Shown here: positions 13,334 through 26,668 of the stretch, piece by piece | How positions within the stretch are numbered: position 1 is the stretch's first letter | Layout: each line of letters starts with the position of its first letter | The notes under the pieces: generated by a model | Told to the model about the DNA's origin: nothing | Database searches by the model: none | The model's input: only the letters and a program-made list of their open reading frames with translations | Assembly: GCA_964057225.1 (NCBI GenBank) | Contig: OZ059896.1 | Span: forward strand, 4,154,001-4,218,000 | Reading direction: 5' to 3' | From: Auanema rhodensis | Taxonomy: Eukaryota > Animalia > Nematoda | DNA length: 64,000 bases | Made by a program: the position numbers and the translations under genes

Positions 13334-16300
13334 AATCGAGGATATAGGTGTGAACTTATATCAGTTGATATCTCGGTGCATTTTTAAGCTAGCGCAAATC
13401 TGATAGTACAGATCGACGCAGCTTAATAATCCGCATCGAATGCACTATACTACATTGAGAAACGCTTAAAACAAAAAATAGTTATGATCTTTTGAAAAAT
13501 GATGCATTAGTGTATGTTGAGTTTCCATGTACACTCAAAATTGCTTCCAAAAACATTTTGACAAAAATTTTTTCGAAAAATTTCAAAATAATTTAGCAAA
13601 AAGTAGATGTTTTTAGATTCCTTTTTTCGAGGCAAAAACGATGGACAATGTTATTCAACGAAAAAATCAATTCTTCAGGGTGAAAATCGAGGATATAAGT
13701 GTGAACTTATATCAGTTGATATCTCGGTGCATTTTCGAGCTAGCGCAAATCTGATAGTACAGATCGACGCAGCTTAAAAATCCGCATCGAATGCACTATA
13801 CTACATTGAGAAACGCTTAATACAAAAATAAGTTATGATCGTTTGAAAAATGATGCATTAGTGTATGTTGAGTTTCCATGTACACTCAAAATTGCTTCCA
13901 AAAACATTTTGACAAAAATTTTTTCGAAAAATTTCAAAATAATTTAGCAAAAAGTAGATGTTTTTAGATTCCTTTTTTCAAGGCAAAAACGATGGACAAT
14001 GTTATTCAACGAAAAAATTAATTCTTCAGGGTGAAAATAGAGGATATAGGTGTAAACTTATATCAGTTGATATCTCGGTGCATTTTCAAGCCAGCGCAAA
14101 TCTGATAGTACAGATCGACGCAGCTTAAAAATCCGCATCGAATGCACTATACTACATTGAGAAACGCTTAATAAAAAAATTAGTTATGATCGTTTGAAAA
14201 ATGATGCATTAGTGTATGTTGAGTTTCCATGTACACTCCAAATTGCTTCCAAAAACATTTTGACAAAAAATATTTCGAAAAATTTCAAAATAATTTAGCG
14301 AAAAGTAGATGTTTTTAGATTCCTTTTTTCGAGGCAAAAACGATGGACAATGTTATTCAACGAAAAAATTAATTCTTCAGGGTGAAAATCGAGGATATAA
14401 GTGTGAACTTATATCAGTTCATATCTCGGTGCATTTTCAAGCTAGCGCAAATCTGATAGTACAGATCGACGCAGCTTAAAAATCCGCATCGAATGCACTA
14501 TACTACATTGAGAAACGCTTAATACAAAAATTAGTTATGATCGTTTGAAAAATGATGCATTAGTGTATGTTGAGTTTCCATGTACACTCAAAATTGCTTC
14601 CAAAAACATTTTGACCAAAAGTTTTTCGAAAAATTTCAAAATAATTTAGCGAAAAGTAGATGTTTTCAGATTCCTTTTTTTGAGGCGAAAACGATGGACA
14701 ATGTTATTCAACGAAAAAATTAATTCTTCAGGGTGAAAATCGAGGATATAAGTGTGAACTTATATCAGTTGATATCTCGGTGCATTTTCGAGCTAGCGCA
14801 AATCTGATAGTACAGATCGACGCAGCTTAAAAATCCGCATCGAATGCACTATACTACATTGAGAAACGCTTAATACAAAAATTAGTTATGATCTTTTGAA
14901 AAATGATGCATTAGTGTATGTTGAGTTTCCATGTACACTCAAAATTGCTTCCAAAAACATTTTGACAAAAATTTTTTCGAAAAATTTCAAAATAATTTAG
15001 CAAAAAGTAGATGTTTTTAGATTCCTTTTTTCGAGGCAAAAACGATGGACAATGTTATTCAACGAAAAAATTAATTCTTCAGGGTGAAAATCGAGGATAT
15101 AAGTGTGAACTTATATCAGTTGATATCTCGGTGCATTTTCGAGCTAGCGCAAATCTGATAGTACAGATCGACGCAGCTTAAAAATCCGCATCGAATGCAC
15201 TATACTACATTGAGAAAAGCTTAATACAAAAATAAGTTATGATCGTTTGAAAAATGATGCATTAGTGTATGTTGAGTTTCCATGTACACTCCAAATTGCT
15301 TCCAAAAACATTTTGACAAAAATTTTTTCGAAAAATTTCAAAATAATTTAGCGAAAAGTAGATGTTTTTAGATTCCTTTTTTCGAGGCAAAAACGATGGA
15401 CAATGTTATTCAACGAAAAAATTAATTCTTCAGGGTGAAAATCGAGGATATAAGTGTGAACTTATATCAGTTGATATCTCGGTGCATTTTTAAGCTAGCG
15501 GAAATTTGATAACACAGATCGACGCAGCTTAAAAATCCGCATCGAATGCACTATACTACATTGAGAAACGCTTAATACAAAAATTAGTTATGATCGTTTG
15601 AAAAATGATGCATTAGTGTATGTTGAGTTTCCATGTACACTCAACATTGCTTCCAAAAACATTTTGACAAAAATTTTTTCGAAAAATTTCAAAATAATTT
15701 AGCGAAAAGTAGATGTTTTTAGATTCCTTTTTTTGAGGCAAAAACGATGGACAATGTTATTCAACGAAAAAATCAATTCTTCAGGGTGAAAATCGAGGAT
15801 ATAAGTGTGAACTTATATCAGTTGATATCTCGGTGCATTTTCGAGCTAGCGCAAATCTGATAGTACAGATCGACGCAGCTTAAAAATCCGCATCGAATGC
15901 ACTATACTACATTGAGAAACGCTTAATACAAAAATAAGTTATGATCGTTTGAAAAATGATGCATTAGTGTATGTTGAGTTTCCATGTACACTCAAAATTG
16001 CTTCCAAAAACATTTTGACAAAAATTTTTTCGAAAAATTTCAAAATAATTTAGCAAAAAGTAGATGTTTTTAGATTCCTTTTTTCAAGGCAAAAACGATG
16101 GACAATGTTATTCAACCAAAAAATTAATTCTTCAGGGTGAAAATCGAGGATATAGGTGTGAACTTATATCAGTTGATATCTCGGTGCATTTTCAAGCCAG
16201 CGCAAATCTGATAGTACAGATCGACGCAGCTTAAAAATCCGCATCGAATGCACTATACTACATTGAGAAACGCTTAATACAAAAATTAGTTATGATCGTT

Positions 16301-19300
16301 TGAAAAATGATGCATTAGTGTATGTTGAGTTTCCATGTACACTCCAAATTGCTTCCAAAAACATTTTGACAAAAATTTTTTCGAAAAATTTCAAAATAAT
16401 TTAGCGAAAAGTAGATGTTTTTAGATTCCTTTTTTCGAGGCAAAAACGATGGACAATGTTATTCAACGAAAAAATTAATTCTTCAGGGTGAAAATCGAAA
16501 ATATAAGTGTGAACTTATATCAGTTGATATCTCGGTGCATTTTTCAGCTAGCGGAAATTTGATAACACAGATCGACGCAGCTTAAAAATCCGCATCGAAT
16601 GCACTATACTACATTGAGAAACGCTTAATACAAAAATTAGTTATGATCGTTTGAAAAATGATGCATTAGTGTATGTTGAGTTTCCATGTACACTCAACAT
16701 TGCTTCCAAAAACATTTTGACAAAAATTTTTTCGAAAAATTTCAAAATAATTTAGCGAAAAGTAGATGTTTTTAGATTCCTTTTTTTGAGGCAAAAACGA
16801 TGGACAATGTTATTCAACGAAAAAATTAATTCTTCAGGGTGAAAATCGAGGATATAAGTGTGAACTTATATCAGTTGATATCTCGGTGCATTTTCAAGCT
16901 AGCGCAAATCTGATAGTACAGATCGACGCAGCTTAAAAATCCGCATCGAATGCACTATACTACATTGAGAAACGCTTAATACAAAAATTAGTTATGATCG
17001 TTTGAAAAATGATGCATTAGTGTATGTTGAGTTTCCATGTACACTCAAAATTGCTTCCAAAAACATTTTGACAAAAATTTTTTCAAAAAATTTCAAAATA
17101 ATTTAGCGAAAAGTAGATGTTTTTAGATTCCTTTTTTCAAGGCAAAAACGAAGGACAATGTAATTCAACGAAAAAATTAATTCTTCAGGGTGAAAATCGA
17201 GGATATAAGTGTGAACTTATATCAGTTCATATCTCGGTGCATTTTCAAGCTAGCGCAAATCTGATAGTACAGATCGACGCAGCATAAAAATCCGCATCGA
17301 ATGCACTATACTAAATTGAGAAACGCTTAATACAAAAAATAGTTATGATCGTTTGAAAAATGATGCATTAGTGTATGTTGAGTTTCCATGTACACTCAAC
17401 ATTGCTTCCAAAAACATTTTGACAAAATTTTTTTCGAAAATTTCAAAATAATTTAGCGAAAAGTAGATGTTTTTAGATTCCTTTTTTCGAGGCAAAAACG
17501 ATGGACAATGTTATTTAACGAAAAAATTAATTCTTCAGGGTGAAAATCGAAAATATAAGTGTGAACTTATATCAGTTGATATCTCGGTGCATTTTTCAGC
17601 TAGCGCAAATCTGATAACACAGATCGACGCAGCTTAAAAATCCGCATCGAATGCACTATACTACATTAAGAAAAGCTTAATACAAAAATTAGTTATGATC
17701 GTTTGAAAAATGATGCATTAGTGTATGTTGAGTTTCCATGTACACTCAAAATTGCTTCCAAAAACATTTTGACAAAAATTTTTTCGAAAAATTTCAAAAT
17801 AATTTAGCGAAAAGTAGATGTTTTTAGATTCCTTTTTTTGAGGCAAAAACGATGGACAATGTTATTCAACGAAAAAATTAATTCTTCAGGGTGAAAATCG
17901 AGGATATAAGTGTGAACTTATATCAGTTGATATCTCGGTGCATTTTCAAGCTAGCGCAAATCTGATAGTACAGATCGACGCAGCTTAATAATCCGCATCG
18001 AATGCACTATACTACATTGAGAAAAGCTTAATACAAAAATAAGTTATGATCGTTTGAAAAATGATGCATTAGTGTATGTTGAGTTTCCATGTACACTCCA
18101 AATTGCTTCCAAAAACATTTTGACAAAAATTTTTTCGAAAAATTTCAAAATAATTTAGCGAAAAGTAGATGTTTTTAGATTCCTTTTTTCGAGGCAAAAA
18201 CGATGGACAATGTTATTCAACGAAAAAATTAATTCTTCAGGGTGAAAATCGAGGATATAAGTGTGAACTTATATCAGTTGATATCTCGGTGCATTTTCGA
18301 GCTAGCGCAAATCTGATAGTACAGATCGACGCAGCTTAAAAATCCGCATCGAATGCACTATACTACATTGAGAAAAGCTTAATACAAAAATAAGTTATGA
18401 TCGTTTGAAAAATGATGCATTAGTGTATGTTGAGTTTCCATGTACACTCCAAATTGCTTCCAAAAACATTTTGACAAAAATTTTTTCGAAAAATTTCAAA
18501 ATAATTTAGCGAAAAGTAGATGTTTTTAAATTCCTTTTTTCGAGGCAAAAACGATGGACAATGTTATTCAACGAAAAAATTAATTCTTCAGGGTGAAAAT
18601 CGAGGATATAGGTGTGAACTTATATCAGTTGATATCTCGGTGCATTTTTAAGCTAGCGCAAATCTGATAGTACAGATCGACGCAGCTTAATAATCCGCAT
18701 CGAATGCACTATACTACATTGAGAAACGCTTAAAACAAAAAATAGTTATGATCTTTTGAAAAATGATGCATTAGTGTATGTTGAGTTTCCATGTACACTC
18801 AAAATTGCTTCCAAAAACATTTTGACAAAAATTTTTTCGAAAAATTTCAAAATAATTTAGCAAAAAGTAGATGTTTTTAGATTCCTTTTTTCGAGGCAAA
18901 AACGATGGACAATGTTATTCAACGAAAAAATCAATTCTTCAGGGTGAAAATCGAGGATATAAGTGTGAACTTATATCAGTTGATATCTCGGTGCATTTTC
19001 GAGCTAGCGCAAATCTGATAGTACAGATCGACGCAGCTTAAAAATCCGCATCGAATGCACTATACTACATTGAGAAACGCTTAATACAAAAATAAGTTAT
19101 GATCGTTTGAAAAATGATGCATTAGTGTATGTTGAGTTTCCATGTACACTCAAAATTGCTTCCAAAAACATTTTGACAAAAATTTTTTCGAAAAATTTCA
19201 AAATAATTTAGCAAAAAGTAGATGTTTTTAGATTCCTTTTTTCAAGGCAAAAACGATGGACAATGTTATTCAACGAAAAAATTAATTCTTCAGGGTGAAA

Positions 19301-22300
19301 ATAGAGGATATAGGTGTAAACTTATATCAGTTGATATCTCGGTGCATTTTCAAGCCAGCGCAAATCTGATAGTACAGATCGACGCAGCTTAAAAATCCGC
19401 ATCGAATGCACTATACTACATTGAGAAACGCTTAATAAAAAAATTAGTTATGATCGTTTGAAAAATGATGCATTAGTGTATGTTGAGTTTCCATGTACAC
19501 TCCAAATTGCTTCCAAAAACATTTTGACAAAAAATATTTCGAAAAATTTCAAAATAATTTAGCGAAAAGTAGATGTTTTTAGATTCCTTTTTTCGAGGCA
19601 AAAACGATGGACAATGTTATTCAACGAAAAAATTAATTCTTCAGGGTGAAAATCGAGGATATAAGTGTGAACTTATATCAGTTCATATCTCGGTGCATTT
19701 TCAAGCTAGCGCAAATCTGATAGTACAGATCGACGCAGCTTAAAAATCCGCATCGAATGCACTATACTACATTGAGAAACGCTTAATACAAAAATTAGTT
19801 ATGATCGTTTGAAAAATGATGCATTAGTGTATGTTGAGTTTCCATGTACACTCAAAATTGCTTCCAAAAACATTTTGACCAAAAGTTTTTCGAAAAATTT
19901 CAAAATAATTTAGCGAAAAGTAGATGTTTTCAGATTCCTTTTTTTGAGGCAAAAACGATGGACAATGTTATTCAACGAAAAAATTAATTCTTCAGGGTGA
20001 AAATCGAGGATATAAGTGTGAACTTATATCAGTTGATATCTCGGTGCATTTTCGAGCTAGCGCAAATCTGATAGTACAGATCGACGCAGCTTAAAAATCC
20101 GCATCGAATGCACTATACTACATTGAGAAACGCTTAATACAAAAATTAGTTATGATCTTTTGAAAAATGATGCATTAGTGTATGTTGAGTTTCCATGTAC
20201 ACTCAAAATTGCTTCCAAAAACATTTTGACAAAAATTTTTTCGAAAAATTTCAAAATAATTTAGCAAAAAGTAGATGTTTTTAGATTCCTTTTTTCGAGG
20301 CAAAAACGATGGACAATGTTATTCAACGAAAAAATTAATTCTTCAGGGTGAAAATCGAGGATATAAGTGTGAACTTATATCAGTTGATATCTCGGTGCAT
20401 TTTCGAGCTAGCGCAAATCTGATAGTACAGATCGACGCAGCTTAAAAATCCGCATCGAATGCACTATACTACATTGAGAAAAGCTTAATACAAAAATAAG
20501 TTATGATCGTTTGAAAAATGATGCATTAGTGTATGTTGAGTTTCCATGTACACTCCAAATTGCTTCCAAAAACATTTTGACAAAAATTTTTTCGAAAAAT
20601 TTCAAAATAATTTAGCGAAAAGTAGATGTTTTTAGATTCCTTTTTTCGAGGCAAAAACGATGGACAATGTTATTCAACGAAAAAATTAATTCTTCAGGGT
20701 GAAAATCGAGGATATAAGTGTGAACTTATATCAGTTGATATCTCGGTGCATTTTTAAGCTAGCGGAAATTTGATAACACAGATCGACGCAGCTTAAAAAT
20801 CCGCATCGAATGCACTATACTACATTGAGAAACGCTTAATACAAAAATTAGTTATGATCGTTTGAAAAATGATGCATTAGTGTATGTTGAGTTTCCATGT
20901 ACACTCAACATTGCTTCCAAAAACATTTTGACAAAAATTTTTTCGAAAAATTTCAAAATAATTTAGCGAAAAGTAGATGTTTTTAGATTCCTTTTTTCGA
21001 GGCAAAAACGATGGACAATGTTATTCAACGAAAAAATCAATTCTTCAGGGTGAAAATCGAGGATATAAGTGTGAACTTATATCAGTTGATATCTCGGTGC
21101 ATTTTCGAGCTAGCGCAAATCTGATAGTACAGATCGACGCAGCTTAAAAATCCGCATCGAATGCACTATACTACATTGAGAAACGCTTAATACAAAAATA
21201 AGTTATGATCGTTTGAAAAATGATGCATTAGTGTATGTTGAGTTTCCATGTACACTCAAAATTGCTTCCAAAAACATTTTGACAAAAATTTTTTCGAAAA
21301 ATTTCAAAATAATTTAGCAAAAAGTAGATGTTTTTAGATTCCTTTTTTCAAGGCAAAAACGATGGACAATGTTATTCAACCAAAAAATTAATTCTTCAGG
21401 GTGAAAATCGAGGATATAGGTGTGAACTTATATCAGTTGATATCTCGGTGCATTTTCAAGCCAGCGCAAATCTGATAGTACAGATCGACGCAGCTTAAAA
21501 ATCCGCATCGAATGCACTATACTACATTGAGAAACGCTTAATACAAAAATTAGTTATGATCGTTTGAAAAATGATGCATTAGTGTATGTTGAGTTTCCAT
21601 GTACACTCCAAATTGCTTCCAAAAATATTTTGACAAAAATTTTTTCGAAAAATTTCAAAATAATTTAGCGAAAAGTAGATGTTTTTAGATTCCTTTTTTC
21701 GAGGCAAAAACGATGGACAATGTTATTCAACGAAAAAATTAATTCTTCAGGGTGAAAATCGAAAATATAAGTGTGAACTTATATCAGTTGATATCTCGGT
21801 GCATTTTTCAGCTAGCGGAAATTTGATAACACAGATCGACGCAGCTTAAAAATCCGCATTGAATGCACTATACTACATTGAGAAACGCTTAATACAAAAA
21901 TTAGTTATGATCGTTTGAAAAATGATGCATTAGTGTATGTTGAGTTTCCATGTACACTCAACATTGCTTCCAAAAACATTTTGACAAAAATTTTTTCGAA
22001 AAATTTCAAAATAATTTAGCGAAAAGTAGATGTTTTTAGATTCCTTTTTTTGAGGCAAAAACGATGGACAATGTTATTCAACGAAAAAATTAATTCTTCA
22101 GGGTGAAAATCGAGGATATAAGTGTGAACTTATATCAGTTGATATCTCGGTGCATTTTCAAGCTAGCGCAAATCTGATAGTACAGATCGACGCAGCTTAA
22201 AAATCCGCATCGAATGCACTATACTACATTGAGAAACGCTTAATACAAAAATTAGTTATGATCGTTCGAAAAATGATGCATTAGTGTATTTTGAGTTTCC

Positions 22301-23285
22301 ATGTACACTCAAAATTGCTTCCAAAAACATTTTGACAAAAATTTTTTCAAAAAATTTCAAAATAATTTAGCGAAAAGTAGATGTTTTTAGATTCCTTTTT
22401 TCAAGGCAAAAACGAAGGACAATGTAATTCAACGAAAAAATTAATTCTTCAGGGTGAAAATCGAGGATATAAGTGTGAACTTATATCAGTTCATATCTCG
22501 GTGCATTTTCAAGCTAGCGCAAATCTGATAGTACAGATCGACGCAGCATAAAAATCCGCATCGAATGCACTATACTACATTGAGAAACGCTTAATACAAA
22601 AATTAGTTATGATCGTTCGAAAAATGATGCATTAGTGTATGTTGAGTTTCCATGTACACTCAAAATTGCTTCCAAAAACATTTTGACAAAAATTTTTTCG
22701 AAAATTTCAAAATAATTTAGCGAAAAGTAGATGTTTTTAGATTCCTTTTTTCGAGGCAAAAACGATGGACAATGTTATTTAACGAAAAAATTAATTCTTC
22801 AGGGTGAAAATCGAAAATATAAGTGTGAACTTATATCAGTTGATATCTCGGTGCATTTTTCAGCTAGCGCAAATCTGATAACACAGATCGACGCAGCTTA
22901 AAAATCCGCATCGAATGCACTATACTACATTAAGAAAAGCTTAATACAAAAATTAGTTATGATCGTTTGAAAAATGATGCATTAGTGTATGTTGAGTTTC
23001 CATGTACACTCAAAATTGCTTCCAAAAACATTTTGACAAAAATTTTTTCGAAAAATTTCAAAATAATTTAGCGAAAAGTAGATGTTTTTAGATTCCTTTT
23101 TTTGAGGCAAAAACGATGGACAATGTTATTCAACGAAAAAATTAATTCTTCAGGGTGAAAATCGAGGATATAAGTGTGAACTTATATCAGTTGATATCTC
23201 GGTGCATTTTCAAGCTAGCGCAAATCTGATAGTACAGATCGACGCAGCTTAATAATCCGCATCGAATGCACTATACTACATTGAG
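13334..23285. repeat. ~13-14-monomer block of array A repeated at a 15-monomer (5264-bp) offset
   Basis: The ordered variant series starting at 13334 recurs from 18598: GACCAAAAG/TTTTCAGA (14387/19651), CGAAAATA (16493/21757), AAGGAC/GTAATT (16844/22108) and GCATAAAA/TTATTTAA (17195/22459). A few private differences are present. Confidence 0.85.
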
Positions 23286-26200
23286 AAACGCTTAATACAA
23301 AAATTAGTTATGATCTTTTGAAAAATGATGCATTAGTGTATGTTGAGTTTCCATGTACACTCAAAATTGCTTCCAAAAACATTTTGACAAAAATTTTTTC
23401 GAAAAATTTCAAAATAATTTAGCAAAAAGTAGATGTTTTTAGATTCCTTTTTTCGAGGCAAAAACGATGGACAATGTTATTCAACGAAAAAATTAATTCT
23501 TCAGGGTGAAAATCGAGGATATAAGTGTGAACTTATATCAGTTGATATCTCGGTGCATTTTCGAGCTAGCGCAAATCTGATAGTACAGATCGACGCAGCT
23601 TAAAAATCCGCATCGAATGCACTATACTACATTGAGAAAAGCTTAATACAAAAATAAGTTATGATCGTTTGAAAAATGATGCATTAGTGTATGTTGAGTT
23701 TCCATGTACACTCCAAATTGCTTCCAAAAACATTTTGACAAAAATTTTTTCGAAAAATTTCAAAATAATTTAGCGAAAAGTAGATGTTTTTAGATTCCTT
23801 TTTTCGAGGCAAAAACGATGGACAATGTTATTCAACGAAAAAATTAATTCTTCAGGGTGAAAATCGAGGATATAAGTGTGAACTTATATCAGTTGATATC
23901 TCGGTGCATTTTTAAGCTAGCGGAAATTTGATAACACAGATCGACGCAGCTTAAAAATCCGCATCGAATGCACTATACTACATTGAGAAACGCTTAATAC
24001 AAAAATTAGTTATGATCGTTTGAAAAATGATGCATTAGTGTATGTTGAGTTTCCATGTACACTCAACATTGCTTCCAAAAACATTTTGACAAAAATTTTT
24101 TCGAAAAATTTCAAAATAATTTAGCGAAAAGTAGATGTTTTTAGATTCCTTTTTTCGAGGCAAGAACGATGGACAATGTTATTCAACGAAAAAATTAGTT
24201 CTTCAGGGTGAAAATCGAGGATATAAGTGTGAACTTATATCAGTTGATATCTCGGTGCATTTTCGAGCTAGCGCAAATCTGATAGTACAGATCGACGCAG
24301 CTTAAAAATCCGCATCGAATGCACTATACTACATTAAGAAACGCTTAATACAAAAATAAGTTATGATCGTTTGAAAAACGATGCATTAGTGTATGTTGAG
24401 TTTCCATGTACACTCAAAATTGCTTCCAAAAACATTTTGACAAAAATTTTTTCGAAAAATTTCAAAATAATTTAGCAAAAAGTAGATGTTTTTAGATTCC
24501 TTTTTTCAAGGCAAAAACGATGGACAATGTTATTCAACCAAAAAATTAATTCTTCAGGGTGAAAATCGAGGATATAGGTGTGAACTTATATCAGTTGATA
24601 TCTCGGTGCATTTTCAAGCCAGCGCAAATCTGATAGTACAGATCGACGCAGCTTAAAAATCCGCATCGAATGCACTATACTACATTGAGAAACGCTTAAT
24701 ACAAAAATTAGTTATGATCGTTTGAAAAATGATGCATTAGTGTATGTTGAGTTTCCATGTACACTCCAAATTGCTTCCAAAAACATTTTGACAAAAATTT
24801 TTTCGAAAAATTTCAAAATAATTTAGCGAAAAGTAGATGTTTTTAGATTCCTTTTTTCGAGGCAAAAACGATGGACAATGTTATTCAACGAAAAAATTAA
24901 TTCTTCAGGGTGAAAATCGAGGATATAAGTGTGAACTTATATCAGTTGATATCTCGGTGCATTTTTAAGCTAGCGGAAATTTGATAACACAGATCGACGC
25001 AGCTTAAAAATCCGCATCGAATGCACTATACTACATTGAGAAACGCTTAATACAAAAATTAGTTATGATCGTTTGAAAAATGATGCATTAGTGTATGTTG
25101 AGTTTCCATGTACACTCAACATTGCTTCCAAAAACATTTTGACAAAAATTTTTTCGAAAAATTTCAAAATAATTTAGCGAAAAGTAGATGTTTTTAGATT
25201 CCTTTTTTTGAGGCAAAAACGATGGACAATGTTATTCAACGAAAAAATTAATTCTTCAGGGTGAAAATCGAGGATATAAGTGTGAACTTATATCAGTTGA
25301 TATCTCGGTGCATTTTCAAGCTAGCGCAAATCTGATAGTACAGATCGACGCAGCTTAAAAATCCGCATCGAATGCACTATACTACATTGAGAAACGCTTA
25401 ATACAAAAATTAGTTATGATCGTTTGAAAAATGATGCATTAGTGTATGTTGAGTTTCCATGTACACTCAAAATTGCTTCCAAAAACATTTTGACAAAAAT
25501 TTTTTCAAAAAATTTCAAAATAATTTAGCGAAAAGTAGATGTTTTTAGATTCCTTTTTTCAAGGCAAAAACGAAGGACAATGTAATTCAACGAAAAAATT
25601 AATTCTTCAGGGTGAAAATCGAGGATATAAGTGTGAACTTATATCAGTTCATATCTCGGTGCATTTTCAAGCTAGCGCAAATCTGATAGTACAGATCGAC
25701 GCAGCATAAAAATCCGCATCGAATGCACTATACTAAATTGAGAAACGCTTAATACAAAAAATAGTTATGATCGTTTGAAAAATGATGCATTAGTGTATGT
25801 TGAGTTTCCATGTACACTCAACATTGCTTCCAAAAACATTTTGACAAAAATTTTTTCGAAAATTTCAAAATAATTTAGCGAAAAGTAGATGTTTTTAGAT
25901 TCCTTTTTTCGAGGCAAAAACGATGGACAATGTTATTTAACGAAAAAATTAATTCTTCAGGGTGAAAATCGAAAATATAAGTGTGAACTTATATCAGTTG
26001 ATATCTCGGTGCATTTTTCAGCTAGCGCAAATCTGATAACACAGATCGACGCAGCTTAAAAATCCGCATCGAATGCACTATACTACATTGAGAAACGCTT
26101 AATACCAAAATTAGTTATGATCGTTTGAAAAATGATGCATTAGTGTATGTTGAGTTTCCATGTACACTCAAAATTGCTTCCAAAAACATTTTGACAAAAA

Positions 26201-26317
26201 TTTTTTCGAAAAATTTCAAAATAATTTAGCGAAAAGTAGATGTTTTTAGATTCCTTTTTTCAAGGCAAAAACGAAGGACAATGTAATTCAACGAAAAAAT
26301 TAATTCTTCAGGGTGAA
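20353..26317. repeat. ~8-monomer block of array A repeated at a 9-monomer (3158-bp) offset
   Basis: The series starting at 20353 recurs from 23511, e.g. CAACC (21055/24213), AAGGAC (22108/25266), GCATAAAA (22459/25617) and CGAAAATA (22809/25967). Confidence 0.8.
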
Positions 26318-26668
26318 AATCGAGGATATAAGTGTGAACTTATATCAGTTCATATCTCGGTGCATTTTCAAGCTAGCGCAAATCTGATAGTACAGATCGA
26401 CGCAGCTTAAAAATCCGCATCGAATGCACTATACTACATTGAGAAACGCTTAATACAAAAATTAGTTATGATCGTTTGAAAAATGATGCATTAGTGTATG
26501 TTGAGTTTCCATGTACACTCAAAATTGCTTCCAAAAACATTTTGACCAAAAGTTTTTCGAAAAATTTCAAAATAATTTAGCGAAAAGTAGATGTTTTCAG
26601 ATTCCTTTTTTTGAGGCAAAAACGATGGACAATGTTATTCAACGAAAAAATTAATTCTTCAGGGTGAA

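Larger units (their letters stand above)
4561..14386. repeat. 8-monomer block of array A (4561-~7367) repeated 20 monomers (7019 bp) later (11580-14386)
   Basis: Rare variants occur in the same order in both copies: CGAATACAC with GATTCCTGTTTT (monomers 4561/11580), the 350-bp ATATATGT/CTTATAATCC monomer (5965/12984) and AATAGAGG...GTAAAC (7017/14036). Confidence 0.9.
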
